A stretch of 64,000 nt of DNA, from NCBI GenBank assembly GCA_038087875.1, contig JAXLNO010000645.1, positions 186,001 through 250,000 on the forward strand, read 5' to 3'. Both the position numbers and the translations under genes were made by a program. Position 1 is the stretch's first letter, and every line of letters starts with the position of its first letter. The DNA comes from Malacoraja senta. Lineage: Eukaryota. The notes below the pieces were generated by a model. The model saw only the letters and a list, made by a program, of their open reading frames with translations, searched no databases and was not told the DNA's origin. This document shows positions 24,680-37,833 of the stretch, in pieces.

Positions 24680-25440
24680 ATGGTCCTTTATTGTCACGTG
24701 TATCACCACACAGTCATACCAAAAAAGCAACAAGACACAAAACGACATAAAGCTTAAACATAAACAGCCACCACAGCGGCGTGTGGGAATCCTTAGGGCA
24801 CCCAGCATAAGCGGAGACCCACAGCCATCAGTACAATGTCCGGGCCACACACACGCTCCTTCACCGACCGCTATACTCTCTCTGCAGTCCCTGTCAGCCC
24901 AATGTCAGAAAGCCGTCCACACACTCAAACCAGACTCCAGGATCACTGCTCTCACGGCAATCCCTCCAAGTCCCCACCAGGGTACGTAGCTCGTCCATTG
25001 TGTTTTCGGCGCCCACATATTCCCCAATGTGATAGAAGGCAAATAACTTTTACCATCTTCCTCCTTTTCCCCCGCGGTCGGGGCAATCGAAGCTCCCGCA
25101 GTCGGCGATCAAAGCCCCTACAACGGAGCGATCGAGGCTTCCGCAATCGGGGCGGTCAAAGCTCCTGCAGTTGGAGCTCCCGACATTCATCCCTAACAAA
25201 GCTGCTTCCAGCTCCACAATGTTAGGCCACAATGCCGGCAGAGACGCGCTATGGAAAATGTCGCACCTCCGTCGAGGGAAGAGATAATAAATGTTTCCTG
25301 TTTCCCCCAACCCCACCCCCCACATAATACAAAACTAAAGATACGCTAACACATACAAACAAAACAGAATAAAAACAAACAAAAGGAGAAAGGGACGAGA
25401 CAGGCTATTGGCGAGGCTGCCACTTACGGCGCCACCCTGT
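24680..25440 (-). mobile_element. GC-rich SINE-like repeat (also at about 38035-38830 and 44780-45578 through the triplication)
   Basis: Minus strand starts ggtggcgccgtaagtggcagcctcgcc and is related to 3592-4425. Confidence 0.55.
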
Positions 25441-28400
25441 GGTCTTTAGTCACCCATTTATTTGAAACTGCTGACTATCGTTACAAAATTGCATACAGTG
25501 AAATGTCAAAAAGGACAAATAACTTGTCTGCTTGTTTCATCAACAGTAATATCTAGCGTAAAGATATTTTTAATGGTTCACTGATCAAAAACACTTTAAA
25601 TCCATGTACAAGATTGTGTGGATGAGGGATATTCACAGGACTACTATAGCTCACAGATATGGGCCTCCTCAAGGGATCAGTACCTAAGTTAGACACAGAG
25701 TCCAGGAATAACTCAACTGGTCAGGCAGCATCTTTGGAAAAAAAGGATGGATGATGTTTCAGGTCAGGATCCTTATTCAAGTGAGTTACTCCAGCACTTC
25801 TATCTTTGGTATAAACCAGCATCTGCAGTTGTTTGTATTTACATTCTGCAGGAATACCTATTCAGTCCATCAGGTCTGTTCTCCATTTCATTAAGACCAT
25901 CACTGACCTAATGTATACATTCACCCAGTTTATCATGAATCGATCCCTTCTGTCTTGAAAATATTCTACGAGTCTGCATTGTCTACACTTTAACAAACAT
26001 AGTTCCAAACTCGCATGCTGTTGTCAGAGAAACAAAAATGCTAAGGCATTAAATGTGCAACCGCTTACTTCTGACGAAAGAAATTCCTCCTAATCTCTTT
26101 CCCAAAGGAACGTCCTTTAGAACTGAGGCTATGAACTCTAGTCCTAGACTCTCCCACCAGTGGAGGGGAAAATGAAGAACAACTAGACTGCTGGGTCCCA
26201 GTCACACAGGAGGCCTGGTCCCATTCCCCAACACAATCGTAGCATTAAGCAGGATGGTTTTTGCTCAAATTTAATTACAACGCAGACACGAAGTGGTCCA
26301 GATGAGAGTTTTTGTAATATATATGGAATAGAATAGATAGAAGATAGATATAATCAGTAGTGACACTGTTGCATTATAATCAAGAGTTCATTTGTTGTTG
26401 GCATCTTAAATAGGAGATCTCTTCTGATCTTGGTCATGGCTGAACAAAATTGGTGGTACAGATCAGCAATGCCAACAACCTGTCATAACCAGAATGATAA
26501 TACTGCAAGGCTCCACATAAACTGTGACTCTGCACTATAACACATCATAAACTGGGGGCCGATTAGGAAAATGGGAGATGCAAAGAGACCTGGGTGTCAT
26601 GGTTGGTGAGAGGAGGAGGAACCCAAATCTGCAGCGTTCCATCTCACTTCCAGAGAAGGAGTCTGGTGGAAGCCTCTGATTGATGGAAGAGGACCAGAGG
26701 AAGAAGCTGATTGGGAGCAACCCCGGGTTTACATTTTTACATTTTTACATTTCAGCTTTCAGGTTAAGGGTCCTGGGAGTTAAGGATTCTGGGAGTTAAG
26801 GGTACAGTATTTATTAGTAATGGTACAGTTTAAAGGATAAAGTTTTTTAAATATTTAATATAGAGTTAATTTGGGGGTAAGCTATGTCAGTGGAGATTGG
26901 CCCCGTGGTTTGCTCAGCCTGCAACATGTGGGAGATCAGGGGTATGGTCGGTGTCCCTGGTGACTACGTTTGCAGGAAGTGTGTCCAGCTGCAGCTCCTG
27001 GCATTGAACGATTGGAGCTGCGGCTGGATTCATACTGGAGCATCCACGATGCTGAGAAAGTCGTGAATAGTACGTACAGTGAGTTGGTCACACCGCAGGT
27101 AAAAGGTAAGAGGACAGAAAGGGAACGGGTGGCCAATAGCCACCAAAGCAGTAGGCAGGTAGTGCAGGAGTCCCCTGCGGTCATCTCCCTCCTAAACAGG
27201 TATACCATTTTGGATACTGTTGGGGGAGATGGCTCATCAGGGAAAGGCAACAGCAGCCAAGTTCATGGTACCATGGGTGGCTCTGCGGCACAGGAAGGGG
27301 GGAAAGAGGGGAAGGGCAATAGTAATAGGGGATTCAATTGTAAGGGGAATAGATAGGCGTTTCTGCGGCCGCAAACTTGATTCCAGGATGGTATGTAGCC
27401 TCCCTGGTGCAAGGGTCAGGGATGTCACTGAACGGCTGCAGAACATTGTGGAGGGGGAGCGTGAACAGCCAGTTGTCGTGGTGCATATTGGCACCAACGA
27501 AATAGGTAAAAAAAAGGGATGAGGTCCTACAAGGTGAATTTAAGGAGCTAGGAGATAAACTTAAAAGTAGGACCTCAAACGTAATAATCTCTGGATTACT
27601 ACCAGTACCACGGGCCAGTCAGAGTAGAAATAGGAGGATATTGCAGATGAATACGTGGCTTAAAAAATGGTGCAAGGGGGAGGGATTCAAATTGTTAGGG
27701 CATTGGAACCAGTTCTGGGGGAGGTGGGACCATTACAAACAGGACGGTCTGCACCTGGGCTGGAATGGAACCAATGTCCTTGGGGGAGTGTTTGCTAGTG
27801 CTGCCGGGGAGGATTTAATCTAATGTGGCAGGGGGATGGGTGCAAGAGCAGAGAGGCAGGGGTGTAAAATGAGGGTAGAAACAATAGGTAGCAAGGTGAA
27901 AAATAAAAGTGGCAGGCAGACAAAACCAGGGCAAAAATCAAAAAGGGACACTTTTCAACATAATTGTATAAGGGGTAAGAGTGTTGTAAAGACAAGCCTG
28001 AAGGCTTTGTATCTTAATGCAAGGAGCATTTGTAATAAGGTGGATGAGTTGAATGTGCAGACAGTTATTAATGAATATGATATAGTTGGGAACACGGAGA
28101 CATGGCTTCAGGGTGTCCAAGGCTGGGAGCTGAACATTCAGGGATATTCAATATTCAGGAGGGTTAGACAGAAAGGAAAAGGAGGCGGGGTACCGTTGCT
28201 GGTTAGAGAGGAGATTAACGCAATAGAAAGGAAGGACATTAGCTTGGAGGATGTGGAATCGATATGGGTAGAGCTGCGAAACACTAAGGGGCACAAAACG
28301 CTAGTGAGAGTGGTGTACCGGCCACCTAACAGTAGTAGTGGAGTTGGGGATGGCATCAAACAGGAAATTAGAAACGCGTGGAACAAATGTAAATCCATTA

Positions 28401-30605
28401 TAATGGGTGACTTCAATCTACATATAGATTGGGTGAATCAAATTGGCAGGGGTGCTGAGGAAGAGAATTTCTTGGAATGTATGCGGGATAGTTTTCTAAA
28501 CCAACATGTAGAAGAACCAACGAGAGAGCAGGCTATTCTAGACTGGGTATTGAGTAATGAGGAAAGTTTAGTTAGCAGTCTTGTTGTGCGTGGCCCCTTA
28601 GGCTAGAGTGACCATAATATGGTTGAGTTCTTCATTAGGATGGAGAGTGACATTGTTAATTCAGAAACAAAGGTCCTGAACTTAAAGAAAGGTGACTTTG
28701 AGGGTATGAGACGTGAATTGGCCAAGATAGACTGGCAAATGATTCTTAAAGGGTTGATGGTGGATATGCAATGGAAGGCATTTAAAAACTGCATGGATGA
28801 ACTACAACAAGTGTTCCTCCCAGTTTGGCAAAAGAATAAATCAAGGAAGGTAGTGCATCCGTGGATAACAAGGGAAATCAGGGATAGTATCAAAACAAAA
28901 GAGGAAGCCTACAAATTAGCCAGAACAAGCAGCCTACCAGAGAACTGGGAGAAATTCAGAGTCCAGCAGAGGAGGACAAAAGGCTTAATTAGGAAAGGGA
29001 AAATAGATTATGAAAAAAAACTGGCAGGGAACATAAAAACTGACTGCAAAAGTTTTTATAGATATGTCAAGAGGAAAAGATTAGTTAAAACAAATGTAGG
29101 TCCCTTGCAGTCAGAAACAGGCAAATTGATCATGGGGAACAAGGACATGGCAGACCAATTGAATAATTACTTTGGTTCTGTCTTCACTAAGGAAGACATA
29201 AATAATCTGCCGGAAATAGCAAGGGACCGGGGGTTAAATGAGATGGAGGAACTGAGTGAAATCCAGGTTAGCCGGGAAGTGGTGTTAGGTAAATTGAATG
29301 GATTAAAGGCCGATAAATCCCCAGGGCCGGATAAGCTGCATCCCAGAGTACTTAAGGAAATAGCCGCTGAAATAGTGGATGCATTAGTGATAATTTTTCA
29401 AAACTCTTTAGATTCTGGAGTAGTTCCTGAGGACTGGAGGGTAGCTAATGTAACCTCACTTTTTAAAAAGGGAGGGAGAGAGAAAACGGGGAATTACAGA
29501 CCAGTTAGTCTAACATCGGTGGTGGGGAAAATTCTCGAGTCAGTTATTAAAGATGGGATAGCAGCACATTTGGAAAGTGGTGAGTTCATTGGACAAAGTC
29601 AGCATGGATTTATGAAAGGTAAATCATGTCGGACGAATCTTATAGAATTTTTCGAGGATGTAACTAGTAGGGTGGATAAGGGAGAACCAGTGGATGTGTT
29701 ATATCTGGACTTTCAGAAGGCTTTCGACAAGGTCCCACATAAGAGATTAGCATACAAACTTAAAGCACATGGTATTGGGGGTTCAGTATTGATGTGGATA
29801 GAGAACTGGCTGGCAGACAGGAAGCAAAGAGTAGGAGTAAACGGATCCTTTTCAGAATGGCAGGCAGTGACTAGTGGGGTACCGCAAGGCTCAGTGCTGG
29901 GACCCCAGCTATTTACAATCTATATTAATGATCTGGATGAGGGAATTAAATGCCACATCTCCAAGTTTGCGGATGACACGAAGCTGGGGGGCAGTGTTAG
30001 CTGTGAGGAGGATGCTAGGAGGCTGCAAGGTGACTTGGATAGGTTGGGTGAGTGGGCAAAAAAATGGCAGATGCAGTATAATGTGGATAAATGTGAGGTT
30101 ATCCACTTTGATGGCAAAAACAGGAAAGCAGACTATTATCTGAATGGTGGCCGATTAGGAAAAGGGGTGATGCAACCTGGGTGTCATGGTACACCAGTCA
30201 TTGAAAGTAGGAATGCAGGTGCAGCAGGTAGTGAAGAAAGCAAATGGTATGTTAGCATTCATAGCAAAAGGATTTGAGTATAAGAGCAGGGAGGTTCTTT
30301 TTTTTAATTTTTTTTAATTTTATTAGAAGTAAGTACAATTGTATACAATCATATTTTCATAATACCTTTCTTGTACAGCTTCTTATTTAAAAAAAAATTG
30401 AAATAAAGAAGAAAAAGAAAAAAGTTAGATAATGAAAAATAGAAAAATGTGAGATATATAGTGTGTGAAAAAGAAAAATAAAGAATGAAATAAGAAAGTT
30501 GAGACATAGAAAATAGAAGAGAGAGAATAAAAGAAAAGATGAGAAGAAAAGAAAATAGAATGAGATCATTTATAATCTTGACCATCCGCAGTCACGGATT
30601 AGCTT

Positions 30606-33600
30606 TTACACCTGTTTTGCACCATACGTTTCCAAAAAGACGACAAATGGAGACCAACTCGTTATGAATTGGTCAAATTTATCTATTAGGAGGAATCGCA
30701 TTTCCTCAAGATGTGCGGTATCCAACATACTTGCAATCCACATTTTGAGCGTTGGTATTGGTGTATTTTTCCAAAATTTCAATATTAATTTTTTTGCTAT
30801 TATTAAACCATAATTAAAAATTAACTTTTGAGATGAACTCAATTTGTTCCCGTCTTCCATTCCCCCTAATATAATCAATTCATTATTGGGTTCCATTTTT
30901 GTCTTAAATAGTTTTGTAAATATTTCGAAAATATCACTCCAAAATCCATGAACTTTTATACAAGAAACAAAAGAGTGTGTTATAGTTGCTTCTTGGGTTA
31001 AACATTTATCGCAAATGGGCGATATATTTGGATAAAATTGATTTAATCTTGTTTTTGAGTAATATAATCTATGTAAAATTTTAAATTGGATTAGATTATG
31101 TCTTGCGTTAATCGAACACTTGTGAATGTATGTCAAATACTTTTCCCATGTAGCCTTCGTAATTTTTATCAATAATTCCCGTTCCCACTCTTCTCTAATT
31201 ACCTCGGTCACAGGTAAATCTATATTTAAGATACTATTATATAAATATGCTATTAATTTTTGTGTATCAGCTTTTATATTCATTACTTCTTCTAGTAAAT
31301 CAGGAGTTATTTTTTGATATCCCTGTATGTATGTCTTCAAAAAATTACAAATCTGAAAATATTTAAAATAATGAGTGTTTTTCAGTTTAAATTTTAATTG
31401 TAATTGTTGAAATGATAATAAATCTCCCATTTCATACATATCCCCGATCCTTTTAATTCCTAAACTTTCCCATTGATTATATATTTTATCCATCATAGAT
31501 GGTTTAAATAAAGGATTATTCGCTATCGGCGTTAACAATGATAGGTTTCTTAATTTTAAGGATAGTTTTATTTGTTTCCATATTCTTATTGTATCTTGTA
31601 TAATAGGGTTTTTCTTATATATTGTATTGTTCATTTTTTTCGGGGAGAAGAGGATTGTTCCTATATTACAAGGATAACAATCCTCTTTCTCCATTTTTAT
31701 CCATTCTGTCTGTTGAGTTGAACTATCCAACCAGTAAATTATATTCTTAATATGTATTGCCCAATAGTAATACAAAAAATCAGGGAGTGAAAGTCCCCCG
31801 ACATCTTTTGGTTTACATAAGTGTTCTTTTTTAATTCTATGTGATTTGTAATCCCAAACAAAATTAGTAATATTAGCGTTCAGTTTAGAAAAAAAATATT
31901 TTGGTACATATACTGGTATAGATTGAAATAGGTATAATAACTGTGGTAAGAAGCTCATTTTAATAGCATTTATTCTGCCTATTAATGATGAAGGGAGTGT
32001 TTTCCAAAATTTTATCATTATATTAAGTTTATTTATTAAGGGTATAAAATTAGCATTGAATAAAGCTTTATGTTTTCTAGTAATCTGTATACCCAGATAT
32101 TTGAATTTTTCTGTTGCTATTTTAAAGGGGAATTTCAATAGGTGTGTGGATTCTTGAGGTTTTAACGTCATAATTTCACTTTTGTTCCAGTTTATTCTAT
32201 ATCCTGAAAAGGAACCAAATTCCTCTATTAAATTTAATAAATTTGGTATGCTCGTTTGTGAATTTGTTATATATAACAAAATATCGTCTGCATACAATGA
32301 AATTTTATTATTTGAATCCCTAGTATTATAACCCTGAATATTCGGATGGCTTCTTATACTTTCAGCCAGAGGTTCTATCATAAGGGCAAATAGCAGGGGT
32401 GATAAAGCACATCCCTGCCTATTACCCCTTGATAATTGAATTTTTTGAGATAACATGCTGTTAGTTAATATTCTTGCCATCGGTTTATCATATAATAATT
32501 TCACCCATGCAATAAAATTCTCTCCCATATTACATTTTTGTAATACTATGTATAAATACTGCCATTCTACCTGATCAAATGCTTTCTCTGCGTCCAAAGA
32601 AATAATTGCTAAGTCTTTTTCTTCCTTTTTATGTGAGTACATTATATTAAACAGGCGTCTCAAATTATTAAATGAATATCTTTTGGGTATAAACCCCGTT
32701 TGATCAGGGTTTATCAATTTACTAATATATTTGCTTAATCTTCTAGCTAAAGTCTTTGCTAGAATTTTCTGGTCGGTATTTAAAAGTGATATAGCTCTAT
32801 ATGAGCCAGGTTCCTCTAGATCTTTATCTTTCTTTGGAATAAGCGTAATGGTTGATTCTGCTAATGTTTCAGGTCATTTATTTTCTTTAAAAACGTGAGT
32901 ATATAAATTAAATAGATAGGGGGTCGTTATCTCATGAAACTTTTTATAAAATTCATTACTAAAACCATCTGGTCCCGGTGTCTTACCATTTTTCAGCAAT
33001 TTTATTGTTTCACCTATTTTTTCGATTGTAATTTGCGCTCCTAGTTCTTCTTGTTCCAAGAGGTCAAGTTTTGGTAGATTACATTTATCTAAAAAATTTG
33101 TAATTTTGCTATCTTCTGTTTTGGTTTTTGATGTGTATAAATTCTGATAAAATTGAACAAATCTTTTATTGATATCTTTAGGTAGTGTTAGTAATTCACC
33201 ATTCTCGGATTTAATTTTATTTATAGTATTTTCCTTTTCCTGTTTTTTCAATTGACGCGCCAACAGCTTATGTGGTTTGTCACCAAACTCAAAATGTTCC
33301 TGTTTTGTAATTTGGAATAATCTTATTACTCTTGCCGAAAGAATTCGGTTAAGTTTAAATTTCAGTAGTATTATCTTATTATGTTTATCTATAGTGGGAT
33401 CTTTAGCATTATCTAACTCTAACTGTCTTATTTCTTGTTCTAACAGCATCTGTTCTGTCTTATTCTTCTTATTTTGAAAAATTTCATATGAAATTATAAT
33501 TCCTCTAATAAATGCTTTAAAAGTTTCCCAAATTAAAGAAGGTGAGGTACCTGGTGTATCATTTATCTCAAAAAATGATATCATTTGTTGTTTCAAATAT

Positions 33601-34415
33601 TGATAACCCTGTAAGTCATTTAATATATATGTGTTAACCCTCCAAAAAAAAATCTTTCCCGGCATTCCTTCAAATTTTACTTAAAAAGTCAATGGAGAGT
33701 GATCAGAAATACTACTAATATGGTAAGTTGGGTTAATTATATATGGCATTAATTTCCTATCCACTAAAAAATAATCAATTCTTGAGTATGTTTTATGTAC
33801 CGAAGAGTAAAACGAGTATTCCCTTCCGGCTGGGTTAGCAGATCTCCATACATATGTTATGTTAGTATTTTTTATATATGTATTTAGAAATTCACTAGTC
33901 TTAGATTTTGTATTACTCCTTCTTTGTTTTGCTGATCTATCTAAGTAAGGATCTAAAACACTGTTGAAATCCCCTCCTATTATGACATTTTGATAATTAA
34001 ACTCCAGTATTATATCTATAATTTTCTCAAAAGATTGAGGGTTATCAAAATTCGGAGCGTAAATATTTACCATAGTTATTGGGGTAGCATAAATTTCTCC
34101 CGAAGCTATAATATACCTTCCCTCTTTATCTGATATAGTATTCTTTAATTTGAACGGTATACCTTTTCGAATAAGAATAGCCGTACCTCTAGATTTAGAA
34201 GTTAATGACGAATAATATGTTTGGCCTATCCACTTCGCCTTTAATCTTATTTGTGTTTCCTGTTTCATGTGAGTTTCTTGCAAGTAGATTATGTTGCTTT
34301 TCAAAGATGTTAGGTGAGCAAAAATTTTACCCCTCTTTATTGGTTCATTGGCACCCCTTATATTCCAACTACAGAATGTGATTCCTCCATTCATTATTTG
34401 CCTATCGTCCTGCAT
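30606..34415 (-). pseudogene. L1 ORF2 (APE, RT, CCHC; two in-frame stops)
   Basis: SWNIRG, LQETH, GGDFN, SDH, LDAEKAFD, QGCALSP, YADD, CDKC...HSFVSC. Three ORF pieces in one frame; stops at 33681 and 32874. Confidence 0.93.
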
Positions 34416-35353
34416 TGTATATCAAAGTGATGTTCTTGAAACGTATGTTTCAAACAAATACCTCCGTGTTCTGGACGTTGGGTGGTCATTCCAATTTTTT
34501 AAGTTTACATTACATCTCCATCTCCAAAAGTGCCTTAGATAAAGCAAGAAAAGTTGTGATTTACAATTAATTAAGTTATTTAAAAAAAAAAGTGAAATTA
34601 AGGTATCTAAAAGCAGGTACCTTAAAGACAAATAGCCACCTAAGGTGGCGAAAGAATTATAGACTTCCGTTGATGTTATTTTACAGTGAGCCCCAATCCC
34701 TTATTAACACCTCGTAAAAAAAAAAAACTACAAACCGTCTCGTTTATTCTTGTATAACTTTATCAAACTAGAGTTAGTAAAATGCCCCCCAAAAAAATAA
34801 TTTAAAAAAAAATTAGTAATAATAATAATAATAATAACAAAAATATGCAAAGATAAAATATTAAAGACTTTAAAAAAAAAAGAAAAAATTAATATAATTA
34901 AACCCCAAATCCAAATATAAACCACAACCTATTCTCATTTCTATAAGTATTTGTACTGTACCAATTTATCTAGCCAGCTACCCTACAAGCAGGTACCGAG
35001 GGGTTAACCTCATTCCTGGATTTTTTCCAAGTTCCCACTCAAAAAGAAAGAAAGAAAATGTTAGTAATGTTATAGACATTTTGGTTAATTACAATTTATA
35101 AGCAATGGTTTATTCATAATTATTCATATTTACTACACACACTCACATTAGTTTTGTTAAAGTTAGTTAGTTAATTGTAATTAGCATATAATAGTTAAAT
35201 ACTCATATTATCTCGTTCTTTGTACGAGAGCTTTTCATTCAAGGTTAAACAATATTCTCCAATACATTCCAGACAGATAAGCTCAGTAACTGTCTGAGAA
35301 ATCCGCCAGTTCCAGCTCCATCTTAAAAATTAAAAAGCTCCATGTTCATTCCT

Positions 35354-36379
35354 TTAGTCGTCTTCTTCTTCTGTTTCCGAGGTTTTCCTCATGATATCTT
35401 TTGCATATTTAAAGGCTTTTTCTGGGTCCGTAAATGAGCGCTCAATTTCCTTATATGCAATTTTCATTTTTGCAGGAAAAACAATACCATATCTGACTTT
35501 AGAAATACCCCTCAATATGTTTCTTGTCGGTGTAAACAGGTTCATTCTCTGGACAATCTCTGGAGGATAATCACGGAAAAAACGGATCTTTTCCCCACGA
35601 TATATCAAATTTTCACCATGAACAATCTTCTTCAGTATAGTTTCCACTGAAGAAATATCAAGAAATTTCACAATTATCTGTCTTGGAGCAGCATTTATGC
35701 CTCTTGGGACACGTCCAACTCGTTTAACAGTATCTATTCTTAGTTCCCCCTGCAGTTTAAGAACCTCTTTGAGTAATTCAGTAACGAAAGTACGTGTTTG
35801 AGATACATGTTCTTCTCGTCCTTCTCTCACTCCAACAATTCTCAAATTCTGCCTTCTTGCCCTTGCTTCCAAGTCCAAACATTTGTCAGTCATTCTTGCC
35901 AGCTTTTCTGCTTCATCTTTCTTTGATTTTTTCAGACTGTTTATTTCCATGATCATCTCTTTCATATCACTTTCCATCTCTTCCATTCTCTCGTCAATGT
36001 TGTCCATCTTAGCATTTACACCAGAAAGCTTCTTATTATAATCCTTTTCGACTCTAACAATTTCTGAGTTAAGTTTTTTGTCAAACTCATTATGTTACTT
36101 CTTCAGCTCCTTTAACTCATCACAGGCACCATCAATTTTATGAGAAAATATTTCCATATTATTCTCCATACTCTTAATTGTAGTAGTAATTTCTACAAAC
36201 ATTTCCTTTACCTCCAGCTCTTTCTTTCCTCCTTTTGTAGCCATTTCAAGCACAACTTCTTGGCTATCGGGCTCCTCCTCAGAACCTTCTTCAGTTGTTT
36301 GCAGATTATCCAACACACTTTTCAGCTGGAGGCTTATAGTGGGTTTTTTTGGGGCGCGTGAACAAGTCCTCTTGCTCAT
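35354..36379 (-). pseudogene. L1 ORF1 (coiled coil + RRM, one in-frame stop)
   Basis: DLEARARRQNLRIVGVREG and FFRDYPPE motifs. The two ORF pieces are in the same frame; stop at 36095-36097. Confidence 0.9.
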
Positions 36380-37720
36380 TTAAAAGTCCGTTATCTAATG
36401 ATGTTTTCCTTATGCAAACCAAGCAGCTCCGTTGAGTTATTTTTAACTTTAAAACGGCTTTTTGATAATTTTTACGGGAGTAAAGCTCACTGCAGCGTCC
36501 TCAATGTTCCATGACGCTACCGGAAGTCGCAGGGAGGTTCTACTGCAGTTGTGCAGGGTCTTGGTGAGACCACACCTGGAGTATTGCGTACAGTTTTGGT
36601 CTCCTAATCTGAGGAAAGACAATCTTGCCGTAGAGGGAATACAGAGAAGGTTCATCAGACTGATTCCTGGGATGGCAGGACTTTCATATGAGGAAAGACT
36701 GGATAGATTGGCTTGTACACGTTGGAATTCAGAAGACTGAGGGGGGATCTTATGGAAACTTACAAAATTCTTAAGGGGTTGGACAGGCTAGATGCAGGAA
36801 GATTATTCCCGATGTTGGGGAAGTCCAGAACTAGGGGTCACAGTTTAAGGATAAGAGGGAAGACTTTTAGGACCGAGATGAGGAAATCATTTTTTACACA
36901 GAGAGTGGTGAATCTGTGCAATTCTCTGCCACAGAAGGTAGTTGAGGCCAGTTCATTGGCTATATTTAAGAGGGAGTTAGATGTGGCCCTTGTGGTTAAA
37001 TGGATCAGGGGGTATGGAGAGAAGGCAGGGATGGGATACTGAGTTGGATGATCAGACATGATCATATCAAATGGCGGTGCAGGCTCGAAGGGCCTAATCC
37101 TGCACCTATTTTCTATGTTTCTATGTTTCTACACCAGTCATTAAAAGCAGGCATGCAGGTGCAGCAGGCAGTGAAGAAGGCGAATGGTATGTTAGCATTC
37201 ATAGCATAAGGATTTGAGTATAGGAGCAGGGAGGTTCTACTGCAGTTGTACAGAGTCTTGGTGAGGAAATCATTTTTTACACAGAGAGTGGTGAATCTCT
37301 GGAATTCTGTGCCACATAAGGTAGTTGAGGCCAGTTCATTGGCTACATTTAAGAGGGAGTTAGATGTGGCCCTTGTGGCTAAAGGGATCAGGGGGTATGG
37401 ACAGAAAGCAGGTACAGGATACTGAGTTGGATGATCAGCCATGATCATATTGAATGGCGGTGCAGGCTCGAAGGGCCGAATGGCCTACTACTGCACCTAT
37501 TTTCTATGTTTCTATGTTTCCATAAAAGGGTTGATTTAGATAAAGAATGGGAGATTTATACAAAAGAAAATCTTCACATTTTTTCATATTTACTGATTTA
37601 TTCCAAGAGGCTCCCTGTTATTTTTATTTCACTGCCAGTTACAACAGAATCCCTTAGCTGGTTGCAGAGATCTTTCCCTGTAATAGAGATTCACACAGAA
37701 ACAAACAATGATTTCCTTAC

Positions 37721-37833
37721 CGCTAGCTCCTGATTCCTCCCATCAAGCTTTTTCTCCAACACATCCACAAGTTGTGTCCTTTATAATAGTGCCTCTTCGT
37801 TTTCACGGAGTTTTTCTTCAGGTTTTCCATCAA
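37721..37833 (-). pseudogene. GOLGB1: GOLGB1-like exon, triplicated copy 2 (113 bp, 1-bp deletion)
   Basis: Same splice sites as the other copies. Reads gtttttcttcagg where copy 3 has gtttttccttcagg. Confidence 0.75.

Larger units (their letters stand above)
30299..36528 (-). mobile_element. Full-length L1-clade LINE, 6230 bp, 13-bp TSD
   Basis: TSD GCAGGGAGGTTCT at 30286-30298 and 36529-36541. 5' end GACTTCCGG, A-rich tail, ORF1 and ORF2 present. Confidence 0.95.
26604..37130 (+). mobile_element. Full-length CR1 LINE (ORF1 zinc finger + SGNH esterase; ORF2 APE + RT), interrupted by L1
   Basis: ORF1 CSACNMW...CRKC, IGDSIVRG, VHIGTN, DGLHL (26884-27823). ORF2 YLNARS, ETW, YRPP, GDFN, SDH, FADD. 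(TTTCTATG)n tail. Several stops and frameshifts. Confidence 0.92.
26552..37520 (+). mobile_element. Older short CR1 3' fragment (26552-26603 plus 37131-37520) with CATAAA TSD, split by a full-length CR1
   Basis: gtcatggt joins acaccagtca as in intact CR1 ORF2. CATAAA at 26546-26551 and 37521-37526; the empty site is at 24161-24166. Confidence 0.85.

Noticed and set aside
26552..26603. CR1 5' end apparently containing a template-switched ORF2 piece
   Set aside because: Better explained as the stub of an older CR1 that continues exactly at 37131.
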